A stretch of DNA of 64,000 bases. It comes from Gnetum montanum. Its lineage: Eukaryota; Plantae; Gnetophyta. The stretch spans positions 639,068 to 703,067 of the forward strand of contig MNCI01003186.1 of the NCBI GenBank assembly GCA_015680685.1, read 5' to 3'. The notes under the pieces were generated by a model that was given only the letters and a program-made list of their open reading frames with translations, was not told where the DNA came from and ran no database searches. Positions 52,201 through 64,000 of the stretch are shown here, piece by piece; position 1 is the first letter of the stretch; every line of letters starts with the position of its first letter. Made by a program: the position numbers and the translations under genes.

Positions 52201-54622
52201 CATGAAACTTGATTGTCTGATCCTTTTGCTGTTCTCGAAATTGAACTTTCTTTTGCTTTTGTTCCAGCCTTTGCTTTGTAATCTCCTCATATGCTATAAG
52301 ATGCTCATTCATTTCTTTGGATAATTGAGCAACACTATCATTAGCTTTATCAACCTTATCTTCAAGATCATCTACTTTATCTTCGATATTCTGAAAATGT
52401 TGAGCAGCATAAGATGTCCAATGGACTAAATAATTTAACTGTTTTGTTTCACCTTGCTGGTCAGTAGTACTATTTAGAGAATGTTCTAATAAATAACTAC
52501 AATCAGTTCTAGTTTGAGGAGGATCTTGTCTAGAAGCAGTTGTACTGTATGCAGCTAATGGTGGCCATCTTCCGCCACTAAGTAATCTTCGATCTCCATA
52601 TTGCTTATTAGAGGTATTTTGAAAGAGATTAATGCAATGTTGAAACATAAAAAGTGTACCTCTAGTATCAAAATTTGGAGAACTATTGCCTTCTTCTTTT
52701 GAGGAACTTCCTTTTTCAGAAAGTTTTCTAGGAGGCAAAACTGCTGGAGTAGCTTCTAGTGTGATTACTGTTGATCGACCAAATTGCTGGATTGGATATT
52801 GACTCCATCTCATTTTGGGCTTTTCATAGGTCTTGAATTCCTGATCTTGTAGTAAATGCTGAATTTGAGGAAAAGAATTGCAATAACCTAGTACATTTAT
52901 GCTCCTTCCACATTGCAACAGATTTTGACTTCCTTTAGGAAACTGAACTCCCCATTACAACTTATGATTCATTAAAATAGTGTTAGAGAGTTGAAAAGTT
53001 CCTCGAGCAGCAATGACAGCATAAACTAATCTGGGTAATAATTCTATTCCATAAACTTCAACACATATTAGTAAAGCACTAGTAATAAAATCATCAGCTA
53101 AAGCTAACTGATAATTTGGTTGTACTGCACATAGTGCATCAGAATCCAAAACACCTTGAAATTGGCAAATCTTTGCCTTTTCCCATGCAATTTCTGGACC
53201 TTGATTAATCCCATCACCAATAACTCGGCTATCAAGTAGAGTTACCACATATTCGGTAGCAATATTATAATTAAATTTGGGACTTACCAAAATATCTAGT
53301 TGTCCTAGATGAACATAATTATGTCCTTGTTCCTTCCATTTTTCTACTTCTTCCGGAGTAAAAAGAGGTAAAAATACTGGTCTTATCCCTTTTCCTTTGA
53401 TATCTAAGATTGCTTCAATTTGTTTAATAGATGTGTACATTCTCGCAAAAAATGTATTTGTAAACTTATAAATAGCATCTTTAGGAATTTCAGGGAATTT
53501 TAAATCCTTATGCTCACCAATAATGAAAGACTTTTTCTTTTTCGTAGCTTCTGCGAATGGCAGAATCTCCTTTTGTGCTGAAGATAGTTCTTGACCATCT
53601 TTTACTTCCTCAACCTCCATCGTGTTAGATCGAAACATATTAATTCTTGGCATATTACTATCATAAATAGGCTCATTCAAATACTGCAAGAAATCTTCAT
53701 TATCTTCATTAGAATTTACAGGATTTATATGATCTATATCTATATCATTTTCAGCTTGTACCTCATAACCATCGGCTTCCTCATAATATATCTAAATTTC
53801 ATGAAAATTATCTTCAAATTGCTGTTGAGCGATCATGTGTAGGAGTTGTTCTCGAAACCTCTGATGCTCAATAGCCTAAATTTGAGCTTCTAATTCTTCA
53901 TCATAAACTGGTTGGCTTACATCATCAAAGATTCTGGACTGAGTTTCTGTAGCCATTTCAAGCAAGCGCCGATCTTCTTCTTCGAACGGACTGGGATCTG
54001 GATCAGATTCAGGGACTAGTGGGGTAAAGATAGACGTCATAGGATAGTCAGGAGGATAAAGATAACAACGGTCAAATTTATCATAAGCTTCAACTTGGGT
54101 GAGGGGTATTTCAGGTACTTCTTCGTCAGAGTCGAAACTGCTAATTTCAAACATTACAGAATCAGGTGGGCATTGTACAGGGCATGGCACTAAGGGTTCA
54201 TTAGGTTCTGGATAGATAGTCAGAACAGATTTACAACGAAACAGTGGCTTTTGGGGTTTTGGGATAGTATCATATTTTACCAAAAGACCAAGATTAGGTT
54301 GCGAAGCAAAACATGTACCCACTGTCCAATAATATTTAAAAAAATATTGAATGTGTTCTGGGATAGGAGTCCTTAGAACTTGCTAGTAAATAGCAGTAAA
54401 GCAGTTAGGAATAAAATATTCTCGATACTTATCTAACAAGATTTCAGTAAGAGCAGCATAGCAGTCAGCCTTCATGCGATCTCCTCTCCATTCTGGAGTG
54501 AACCAGATAGCATCATCTATTAGATGTTAGTGTGGCCAGTCGAGATCATAGGTGCATCTATGGTTTGAACATTGTTGTGAAAGAGATGGTGGTGGAAGAT
54601 CATCATCGAACAGATTATCATA
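49248..54622 (-). pseudogene. Viral polyprotein 5' part in a single frame: N-terminal extension, 30K movement protein, coiled coil, coat protein with zinc knuckle, aspartic protease, RT
   Basis: All listed ORFs from 54322 to 49399 are in one frame separated only by stops. Motifs: YVHLGQL...LLDSR (MP), CYNCKRQGHYAFDC (~51060-51100), FIDTGAT (AP), RMVINY...KSGYHQ...MPFGLKNA...YIDD (RT). Confidence 0.92.
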
Positions 54623-55011
54623 TTTTAAGATATCTTTTAATTATATTTTTCATATTTTAAAAAAATCTAAAATAGATAAAAGTGAAGTTCAACACCAATT
54701 AATTACTATAGATTTTGTTTTCTCATCTTTGACATTTATCACACCATATCATCAGAAAATTGTGCATTTTTGAACTTGGCTAAAATTGCGATGATATTGG
54801 GGAAAACTGAATTTAGCTCAATATATTTTTAAAGTTTTGATAAAATATAGAGCCAGGCAGGCCTTTCAAGATTCTTTCATACTTTCATGCTACAAAAATT
54901 TTGGTTGTACCATTCCGATGGAAGAGTTTAACATCTAGAGAGAAATTGAAATCATGGAAAGGTACTTATATCATTGATGTAAAATTCTTAGAGGTGAATG
55001 TATTCAACTAT
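54623..55011 (+). repeat. 389-bp host duplication, right copy (intronic sequence upstream of the first visible APEM9-like exon)
   Basis: Matches 46764-47152. Confidence 0.95.
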
Positions 55012-55089
55012 TGTTTTTTTTATGCAAGATTTCATTTACAAAACCTAAATTTTTTTAATTATTTATCCCCTTAAAGTCCATTTCATCAG

Positions 55090-58000
55090 ATACCTAGCAA
55101 CCTCTAATTATGAGGCTATAGTATCTTTGGCTCTATCTATTCTTAAACTATTATGGGACTTGGCAGTAAAAGAAGAACTCAATTCTGAAGACAATGAAAC
55201 CCTGGCTTACATTGTAGAGTCTGCAGTATTGGTTCTTGTGCAAACTTACAAACCTACTTGTAGGTTTTCATAAAAAATTATTTATCTACTCAATGATATA
55301 TTCTACTGCCAATATCCTACCATTGAAAAGTTCCCCAAAGTTTGCATAAAACTAGATGATCACAAACACAGTGAAAAAATTTCATAGGAATAGTTTCAAG
55401 TTCATTTCTCAAGAAGATAGGCATATAGAAATTCATTGTTCTAATAAGATCGCCCAATGTTACATAAGAGATTAATTGAAAGAAATTTAGGGTGAGAATG
55501 AGAAGAGAAAGAGAAGGTGCACTTGCAGTTGCATGTAGAACCCTCAAAATGAGAAAAACAATAACCAAACATAGGTACCATGTAATATTTTCTATTTCTA
55601 AATTAAAATCATTTATCATTAATCACACCATAATAATTATGGTAAGATGTATGCAACTATACATTCATCATGTCTAGGTCTTAGTCAGGTCATTGTCGAC
55701 CGTATCATCATGTAAGTTATAGGTAAAATAAAGTTATATTCTTATAGAAAGAAGCTACGGTGAATTGTAAAAAAAACATTGTGATAAGCTTATGAGTATC
55801 ATGCACAAATGGATGGAAGTTAACTTGTATTTCTAGTTAATGTTGATATCAAATAACATGGTTTTGATGTCTTTAAATGTTGTAGGCATGTTTACATTCT
55901 GTGAAGTTATTACTGAATTGGTAGTTTTTTCTTACTTTGTAGGACATCAGATATTTTCAAGGACCTAAAGGAATTAGTTGGCTTCACTCCTCTTATCCCA
56001 TACTCTATTTTTAGGGTTGGGTATGCTTTTTTTTTTCAGGCATTTTCTTACAAATCTATTTATTTGGTGTATTATATATACACACATTAGAAAATGGCAT
56101 TTATTACCTATTTGCTAATTCTCATTTCCTGTAGGGTGTGCCTGCGAATTTCTAAAGAAGAACATCATAGCCCTAAAATGGCCCTTGAAGAGTTCTTGCT
56201 AGAATGGACATTTTCCAAAGATAATGCATGTTACATTTTTTTAGTGAGTGAAGCAACAAAGGCTTTTTTGGTACGAAGACCCTTGCAATTTTCAAACATC
56301 AAAACAAGATTACATGCAACTTGTAGAACTTTATGCTTTTAATGTTCTAGCTAAAAGTCTAAAAAATAATGATGCTGCTATGATATGGCTAAAGAACGCA
56401 AATATACTAGATTGTGGGCAGGTATATTTCATTACATTTTCTTAATTCTTTAATTTCAATAGTTTTTATTTTTCCAGTATTTGATTTTATTTCTTATTGT
56501 AAGAAAATATTTCAGTTTGTTATCACAATTTACATTTAGGGCTTTATGAAATAAAACACAATTACTAAAACATAGCTATGGCAAGTGATAAATGGTTGTC
56601 CGCATCATGTGGTCATGTTTTGTAATGAGATACTGCTCGTCATTCATAAGTAGTGTTCCCAGAGATTAGTATTGATACAACTTTTAATAAATTAATTTAT
56701 ATCCTTATGTAGAAATACTTGTTAGTTGAATAGACATGAATAACCTTTATTGAAAACATTGATGTTGATTTATCTTGTACCTCGGTGTGTTTTCTCTATC
56801 TTCCTAATGACTCTCCCACATTACTCGTGCTACTTTTTTCTTCTCAATTATTACCTGCCCCAAAGTCACATTGATTAAAAGTAAGTAAAGTTTTTTTTCT
56901 TTTTTGTTCTTAACAGCATCATAGGATTACACTTTACCATGTTAGAAACCAATATTTACATTTTGTACACTTAGTGAAAAATGTAATCAGTATGCCCAAT
57001 ATTTTTCTTTCAAATGCATAAAATTCTGGAGTAGTATTTTCCATTGCCCAACGATTTGTCCATCTATGTCTAACCGTGAAATCTTGCTATGACATAATTT
57101 ATTTATCATTCATCACTTGAATAATTTGAACATGTCTAAAATTATTTTTCCAATTCAAGGAACAAAGTTTATGATTTGACCATGTTTTGTTGTTATCAAA
57201 ATGGTACTACTGAACCATCAATATCAAGTTGACCATGATTGATCCATAAGGTTGACACATTAGTGATGGTTGTGAATATTGTTTTGAATGAAATGCATAG
57301 CATTAACTGGACTATAAGTTTATTTATTCAAGAACAAAATATATCTAGATCTACCCTTTGGTTGACTCAATTTAACATTCATATTGGTTTTTGGGCTAAA
57401 TTTATTTTGTTTTCAAAATTTTGAAAGATTCAACTTTTGAAGTTGAAAAATAGGAACTTGACAACTTCTTTTTGCATAAGTAATTATGAGAAATGTTTAA
57501 TTAGATCAATAATAGAAACAAAGATGCTTGAGAAAAATAGTTAGTGCACTTTTATTAATACCATGATGCATTTATATAGATAAAAAGAGATAGCATTAAT
57601 TAAAGTTCATATTTCCACATTGTTGCTTACACACACACACACACACACACATATATACATATATAACTTATGGTTTTGAACTTGGAAGACATTGTAGTGA
57701 AGATAACATCATTAGCAGATTGAGAAAAATGAAAATCAATTACCCTTCCTAGCCCACTCATTGAGTGCAATATTTTTCAATAGAATAGAGGCATTAAAGA
57801 AAGTGTAGAAAATAAATCCTTAAAAAGAAACTATGATACAGGAGAATTAAACCACATGGATATCACCCAAGATAACAAGCTTCTAAAGAGGAATACCATT
57901 ACTAGGGCTTCAAAGGTGTTTGAATCATTATCTTTCTAGTATCCTACACTTGTGCAAAGGCTTGGAAATTATGACATTATGGACCATGGATATAGTAAAA

Positions 58001-58370
58001 TTGTATGGATTGTTGTAGTACTTATTATTTATTTTTTGAGAAGAAAATAGGCATTTGTTAAAAGGTAAGATTTTTCTTTAAACTAGAGTTTGTACTAGGT
58101 ACTTGATATTAAATTAATAATAATGTTTTTGTACACTATACTAAATTAGATTGTCACATAGTGTTCATTATGCACTAGACACGATAATGCACATTATTGT
58201 TCCTATGAACTTCCATTAACATGTTTTGTAATTGTTTGAGGAAATTGAGCATAGGTTCAATTACAGTATATCACATTTTGAGAGATTTCTGGAATTTTGC
58301 ATTTAATGTATAGTTAAATTCCTTAGCAGCTGTGTAGCCTCTTCCATCTCCATCTTACATTGGAAGATAG
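55090..58370 (+). pseudogene. APEM9: APEM9/DAYU-like peroxisomal membrane protein pseudogene (exons 55090-55263, 55943-56020, 56135-56421, ...-58064, 58241-58370; exon 1 not found)
   Basis: Translated exons YLATSNYEA...SILK...VESAVLVLVQ, GVCLRIS...LEEFLLEW, DYMQLVELYAFNVLAK, a TM segment followed by LRRK, and DFWNFAFNV*LNSLAAV match recalled APEM9 motifs. Phased splice sites, one frameshift and several stops. Confidence 0.8.
57629..57662. repeat. (AC)n/(AT)n microsatellite
   Basis: About 11 AC units followed by AT units. Confidence 0.9.
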
Positions 58371-59276
58371 AGGGTACATTCATGTTTTTCCCCCTTAAGC
58401 AAAGAATATTCATCTTTAAGGAAATTCAAGTTTGTAATTAATAAATGCTTAGAACATGAGAATACTCAAAGATGTCTTTTAAAATGATCTTTTCTACTAT
58501 TTTTGCTTTTCTTTGCAATTATAAGACTACCATTTGGAGGGATAGAAAAGTGTTTGTTTCTCAAGTTGTATGATCTGAGCTTGAGTTTAGGTGAAGCTAC
58601 ATGAAAGAGATAAGCTTTTACTCATCCATGACTCTTCCAAGACACTCCCTTAGTAGGATGAGGATTGAGCTTCTCAATGAATCCTTTATGATCCTATACA
58701 AAATTCATAAAAATAATATAAATATTCTTCATAATATAATTATTTCATTATAATTGTAACATTTGTACAAGAAGATCAACACTTTTTGTTCATGTTAATT
58801 ATATAACAATAAATCTTATTACATTGTTTATGGCAAGAAATAAGCTTGCTTTTTTTTCCCTTTGGCATGTCGAATCTCAAAAATAAATTTATATTAAAAT
58901 TAAAAATCAAAGTACATCGTAAAAGTATCCTTCACTTCTTACTAAAGGTAACAAATCTATGTTTCATAGCAACTAGGAAAAAACTCACATAATAAACGAA
59001 TAGATTATGGATGCCAATCTATCTAATGATGTCATTTCAAAAATCTAGTTTCATCCACCCATCAAACCTTACAAAGAGTACCACTACTTAAATGATATCT
59101 TTCATTGCCACCATAGATAAATATTTTAAAACATTGTACGAGCTAGACTAAAAAGCACTATTTAGGACAAATGTCTAAGAAAATTTGCATGTGGACAATC
59201 TCGAATAAAATTTTAGAATAGAAAACAAAAAATTTATGTTTTAAAACTTTCCACCAAGAAAGCAACTTTTACTCAT

Positions 59277-59675
59277 TTATGAGTTCTATGCAAATTTATA
59301 GTGACATTTTGGATATTCATAAAACATTGTTTGCCCTTCATCTGTAGATCGTAACTACAACAAACAAAAGGGAAAAGAAGTTCTCAATACTAAACAATAT
59401 CAAAAATAGCTTAGAAAATATAACAAGTTACATATTAATAGTGAATTTGATAGGTACAGGTACCTATTTTGTATAGAACGCTAGCTGTGGATTCTTGCAT
59501 TGGGGACATTCTTCATTTACCTGAAATAAAATAAAGGTTTTTGATAATGTTAATACGGGTACAAAATATTTTGTATCACTAAAACATGAAAGGTACTCAT
59601 TGTTGCCCTTTTCTGCCCCACATATTTTTCTTCTAGAGATAAAAATGGTTCAAGATTGAGATGTTTCCTAAGGTC
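59277..59675 (-). pseudogene. NRPA12: RNA polymerase I subunit RPA12-like pseudogene, last three exons (59675-59601, 59520-59464, 59354-59277)
   Basis: DLRKHLNLEPF...KRAT|VNEECPQCKNPQLAFYTK*|LRSTDEGQTMFYEYPKCHYKF is the TFIIS-like zinc ribbon with the QLRSADEGQT motif; stops, a lost Cys and one mutated donor. Confidence 0.85.
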
Positions 59676-60149
59676 CTACAAATTGAAATGGATTGTTTAC
59701 TATTGTCACTGTGAATAGGCTTTGGATAAGACTGAAAAGAAACAACAGTTATAAAAATAATTATTAAGACAAGCAAAACTATGATGCCATGATATTGAAG
59801 AAAATATATACAGGGAGATCCCAATGCTTCAACTACAAAAACCATATATTCAAGGTAACATAAAGCAAAAGGTGAAAAATTTTAAATTACCAAACATCAA
59901 TAGAATTTATTTTATTTAAAAAAAAGAACGCAATTTGATTTTAGATATTCATTGCATGCTTTTCAATCTTGGAAAAATATTTAATGATAGCCTCAAAGTA
60001 AACTAATTTTCACTTAAGGATAAAACAAAGAACTTCGATCCCTTCTCCTTGGAACTTTAGATGCCTATTCTCAAACCAAGAGCTCCATTAAACAAACTAC
60101 TGCCTTAGACAATTGGAAATTTTTCCAAAGTAATATATAACAAATTCGA

Positions 60150-61790
60150 TATATCTTAACAATGTGGGAACCAAGAAGATAAGTTTATCTATTAGCAAAA
60201 GCTAAACATAAGGCCTTGGATGGTTTCTATAAGAAAATAGGAACAAATGAAAAGAAAATCTATATAGGAACTCGAAAATATAAAAATAGAAAATCTATAT
60301 AATAATTTTTTGGTGAAAGACAATGAAATTTTTGATGAGTGGAAAAATTATTTCAAAAATTATTAAATAAGAAATTTTTAAAAGAAGATATCCAATAAAA
60401 ACCAAGTTTTGCAATGGTCAATGAACTTTCCTTCTTTACAATGAAGACAAGCTTAACTAAATTGAAAAGTGGAAAAGCTACCAAATCAAATACCATTTCT
60501 AAAGAAGCTTAGAAAGTAATAGGACATACATAACTTTTATGGCTAATAAAATTTTGAAGAATGGAGAAATTACTGAAAATTGAATTATCATCTACAAGGA
60601 TGAAGAACATGTTTAAAATTATGCAAACTATAGAGAAGTTTATATTTATGAGTCATACTATGAAGCTTTGGAAGAGAGTTATTGAGCAACACCTCATAGT
60701 TGAATCAACAATATCAGAAAATCAATTTGGATTCATGTTAAGAAAATTAACTATAAAGTTCATATATTTATATAACAATTAGCTAAAAAGTTCATAAAAC
60801 ATAGAGGAAATCAATGTATGATTTTTATTAACTTTAGAAAGGCATATGATAAAGTACCCAAAGATGTTATCAAGTGGGCCTTACTAAGGAACAGGATCCG
60901 TGATAAATATATCAAAGTACTTCAATATATATACAAAGGAACTATTATAGAATTTCAATAACTTGAGAGAAAAAAATTTAATTTCCTAATCACAATAGGT
61001 CTACATTAAGGGTCTTCACTTAATTCTTACTTGTTTTCTATTTTTATGAATGAACAAAGCAAGAAAATACAAGATGAAATCACTTGGCATATATTGCTTG
61101 AAGACGATATTGTGTTGATAGATACAACTCACGCAAATATTACTTCCAAAATGGAAATGTGGTCAAATGCTCTAGAATCATCAGGCTTCAAAATTAGCAA
61201 AAAGAAAAAAAAATATATGGAATGTAATTTCAATGAAAGTATGAATAGTGATGGAACATAAATAACAACTCAAGGAAAAAAAGTCCTCCACTATAAACAG
61301 TAAATGATGAAACCAATAAGAATATAAGAATTAGATTGACACACTATGGTCAAAATGGAGATAGGTTAGTGCCATTTTATATGAAAAAAAGGATCTCAAC
61401 AAAAGTAATAGAAAAATTTTACAAGAAAGTGATCAAGTTTGCTATTTTTATGTAGTGCTAAATACTACACTATAAAATAAGGCATGAATAACAAATTAAT
61501 GTGGCATATATGTGAATGCTTAAATAGATGTTGAATGTTAAAAGAAAAGAAAAATTGCACAATGCAAACATTAGAGAAAGCCTTGGAGTGACTTCTATTA
61601 CAGATAACCTATATGAATAGCATCTTATGTGGTTTGATCTTGTTCAAAGAAAATCACATGATGAGCCTCTGAGAAAAAATACCACATCATGGTTCTAAGA
61701 AAGCCAAGAAGAAGAAGAAGAAGAAGAAGGACATGAAAAGAAAATAGTTGAAGATAATATAAATATATGTAGATAAATAAATATTTATCT
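60150..61790 (+). mobile_element. Degenerate RTE-clade LINE (RT region)
   Basis: MSHTMKLWKRVIE, ISENQFGFM, LEKAYDKVP, GLH*GSSL, LLEDDIVL and NANIRESLGV are typical plant RTE motifs. Confidence 0.88.
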
Positions 61791-62149
61791 CATAATAGCA
61801 GTAGCAAATAGAAAAAGAGAAATGTTTGTTTATTCTTTAAATAGAATTATCTTTTTGTGCCTTAGTCACAATACATCCGGGATGTCCATTTGATCATTAA
61901 AAAAAAAATAGAAGTCATGTAGCCAATCTTATACTATTGAAATAAGGATAGGATGATGATGATAGGTTAGAACAATCAATTATTAGATCAACTTTCTATG
62001 CCTGTCAACAAACATGCAAATACAGTGCTACAAAATTTAATACAGAGATTATGACATTATTCAGTGAGGAAAATATCCATCTAGCAAGAGGTTAAGGAAA
62101 TAATTTTTTTTGTCCAACACTTAAAGGAATAGCCCTAGATTTAGGAGAC

Positions 62150-63560
62150 AAATAAAATGGAAACCCCAAGTCTAATCCCCTAGCTAAAATGGAATGATGC
62201 TACAGAAAAAAATAACCAATTGCATGGAGAGTACCATTTAGGGTTTAGCTACACAAATCCAGTTATCTAATCAGAATTCACAGAATAATGGCATCTGTAC
62301 ACAATTGGTGACTCTCAAATGAAAATTAAAGAACCTCTCCAAGAAAGATGTTATCAAGGCAAAATTATCGGTAGCTAAACCAAGTTTGAGGAAAAGCTTG
62401 AAGAGGGTTTTGCATTACCAAAAGCAATGAAGGATAAATAGGAGAAAAGGGAAAAGAAAAGTTGAACCTACATTAGCTTGGGGTTTCCATAAAAGCAACA
62501 ATAATAATAAGCAAGAAACAAGAATCTCATGGTAGAAATTTCCAATTTCTTCTAGGAACCTAGGCACATTCCAAAATAGTAGTTTGAAGATGCACTTAGA
62601 GTGGCCTAAAAAGTGACAGACCTTGCTATATTGTCATATGATTCTAAGATTATTTTATTAGAACTAGAGGTAGAGAATGGCATAATTGGAGCATCCATAA
62701 ACACAAAAAAATTTCTGGATCAGCAAAGACCACACAAAATCTGAACTAATCAACCAAAAAAAAAACATAAGAGAGAGAGAAAAACAACAACAAATAATGG
62801 CCAAGGTCAAAAAGGCCCATGTAGATAAAATTTGAGTTTTTATTAAATAAAAATACCAAGAAAAAAACATGTAGATTCACTATGTTTTGGTTTCATCAAA
62901 AGCAATGATGTAGTTGAGAATGAGATTGTTTTGTTAAATAGCATTGGATTCTTTCTTTGTTTTTATATTTTGGAACAAGTCAAAACTTAAGAAGATGAAG
63001 GCTCTAAAAATTCCATCATCTTGGATTCAACAAATTTGCTATAAAAATAATAAATTAGGTGGAGGACAAAGATCTTTTGGAGGTACTGTCATTTTGATTT
63101 GAAATAATTTAGCACAACATATATAGTTAGAAAAGATAGATGAATATAGACAATTTATTTCATGAAAAGTATAGAACAAGTATGATCATCCTTTTGGTTG
63201 TATACTAATTTTCTCCTAGAAATGCCACATTGAACAACAATGTAGGGATATCTAGAAACCACACATCTCAATATTTAGGAGCAAATATAGTATAGTGTTC
63301 CAGTTAAGATGTAGTTCTTATTGGTAGATATTTTAATGCCAAAATAGGATCATAACAAACAAAAATCAAGTAGTAGTAATGCAAACTAATGGCATTAGTA
63401 GTATTTCTAGCAATCCCGGACTAGATACTCTATCAAAGTTATTTCCAATGAAATAGAACAATAGTGAATGAAATGGGCAAAAAATTTGGATTTGTTAAAT
63501 TGTAATATCTAGAATGTGCTCCATAGGATTGTAGCATTCAATTTTATAAATGCACCAAGG
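62150..63560 (+). mobile_element. Possible degraded LINE 5' region (ORF1 and APE endonuclease remnants)
   Basis: VVLIG..FNAKIG at ~63312-63350 resembles the GDFNA endonuclease motif; the rest is heavily decayed. Confidence 0.35.
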
Positions 63561-64000
63561 TAACTCCTACATTCTCTTTTTATTGTCTACTAAAAATATT
63601 AACAAAATAAAGAGTTTTAATATAGGTGCGTATTTAGTTGAACCAAACCCTCGCCACTTAGAGTTTGGAATTAAAAGACAATATTTCATTCACTACCAAA
63701 AAGATGTATTTATTTTTTGGTTGTCTATGTTGTTTGCCTTTAGAGAAGACCCATCCCTGTAGAACTAAATAAATATAAGGACATTGAATTGTGCAAGACA
63801 AGATAAAACTTTGGTGCATGTACTTTCATAAGCAATCACAAAGGTCACCATAACACAAAAATCTAGGTGTCACAAGCCTGTACAATTAATACTACAAGCA
63901 TGCTTGTTGGGATATTAAAATAGTGAATCAGAAATGAAGAGAGCATTTGATTAACAAATATAAGTGCATAAGGTAAAATAAGAAAAGATGTTTTATTGAA

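Larger units (their letters stand above)
47153..54622. mobile_element. Endogenous caulimovirid (pararetrovirus), near-complete genome in two inverted segments
   Basis: Movement protein, CP zinc knuckle, aspartic protease, RT, RNase H, no integrase, tRNA-Met PBS and an intergenic region with TATA. Confidence 0.93.

Noticed and set aside
53876-54322. Separate ORF with a myristoylation-like start MGTCFAS
   Set aside because: The start is GTG (Val) and the frame continues upstream to 54622 and downstream into the MP, so it is internal to the polyprotein.
46764-55011. LTR retrotransposon carrying a movement protein (LTRs = the 389-bp repeats)
   Set aside because: No TG...CA ends, no adjacent PBS or PPT, no integrase; the repeat is continuous with host intron sequence.

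Overview
Plant (eukaryotic) heterochromatin-like window with almost no intact coding sequence; most ORF-track entries are fragments of decayed transposon or viral genes broken by C-to-T stop codons. From 1 to ~46 kb is a nest of Ty3/gypsy LTR retrotransposons. Athila-like element A (+, 5' end outside the window) has a 3' LTR split by a complete 16.4-kb Tat/Ogre-like element B (-, 6953-23330). A second Athila-like copy C (-, 30274-38672) sits in a related LTR, and a truncated Tat-like copy E sits in another related LTR. The most striking structure is in B. A predicted 5,099-nt GC-AG intron separates protease from RT, and splicing it restores the pol frame. That intron holds, antisense, an 8-exon gene of ~1,085 codons with an FCP1/NIF-type HAD pseudo-phosphatase domain, a transposon-associated helical domain, a coiled coil and an acidic tail. 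From 47.15 to 54.62 kb is a near-complete endogenous caulimovirid with one long polyprotein frame (N-extension, MP, CP, AP, RT, RH, C-extension). It is split into two inverted segments joined at the tRNA-Met PBS and flanked by a 389-bp host duplication. From 55 to 60 kb are convergent intron-containing pseudogenes of APEM9 and RNA Pol I subunit RPA12, followed by LINE remnants. All assignments come from manual translation and motif recognition; no searches were run.
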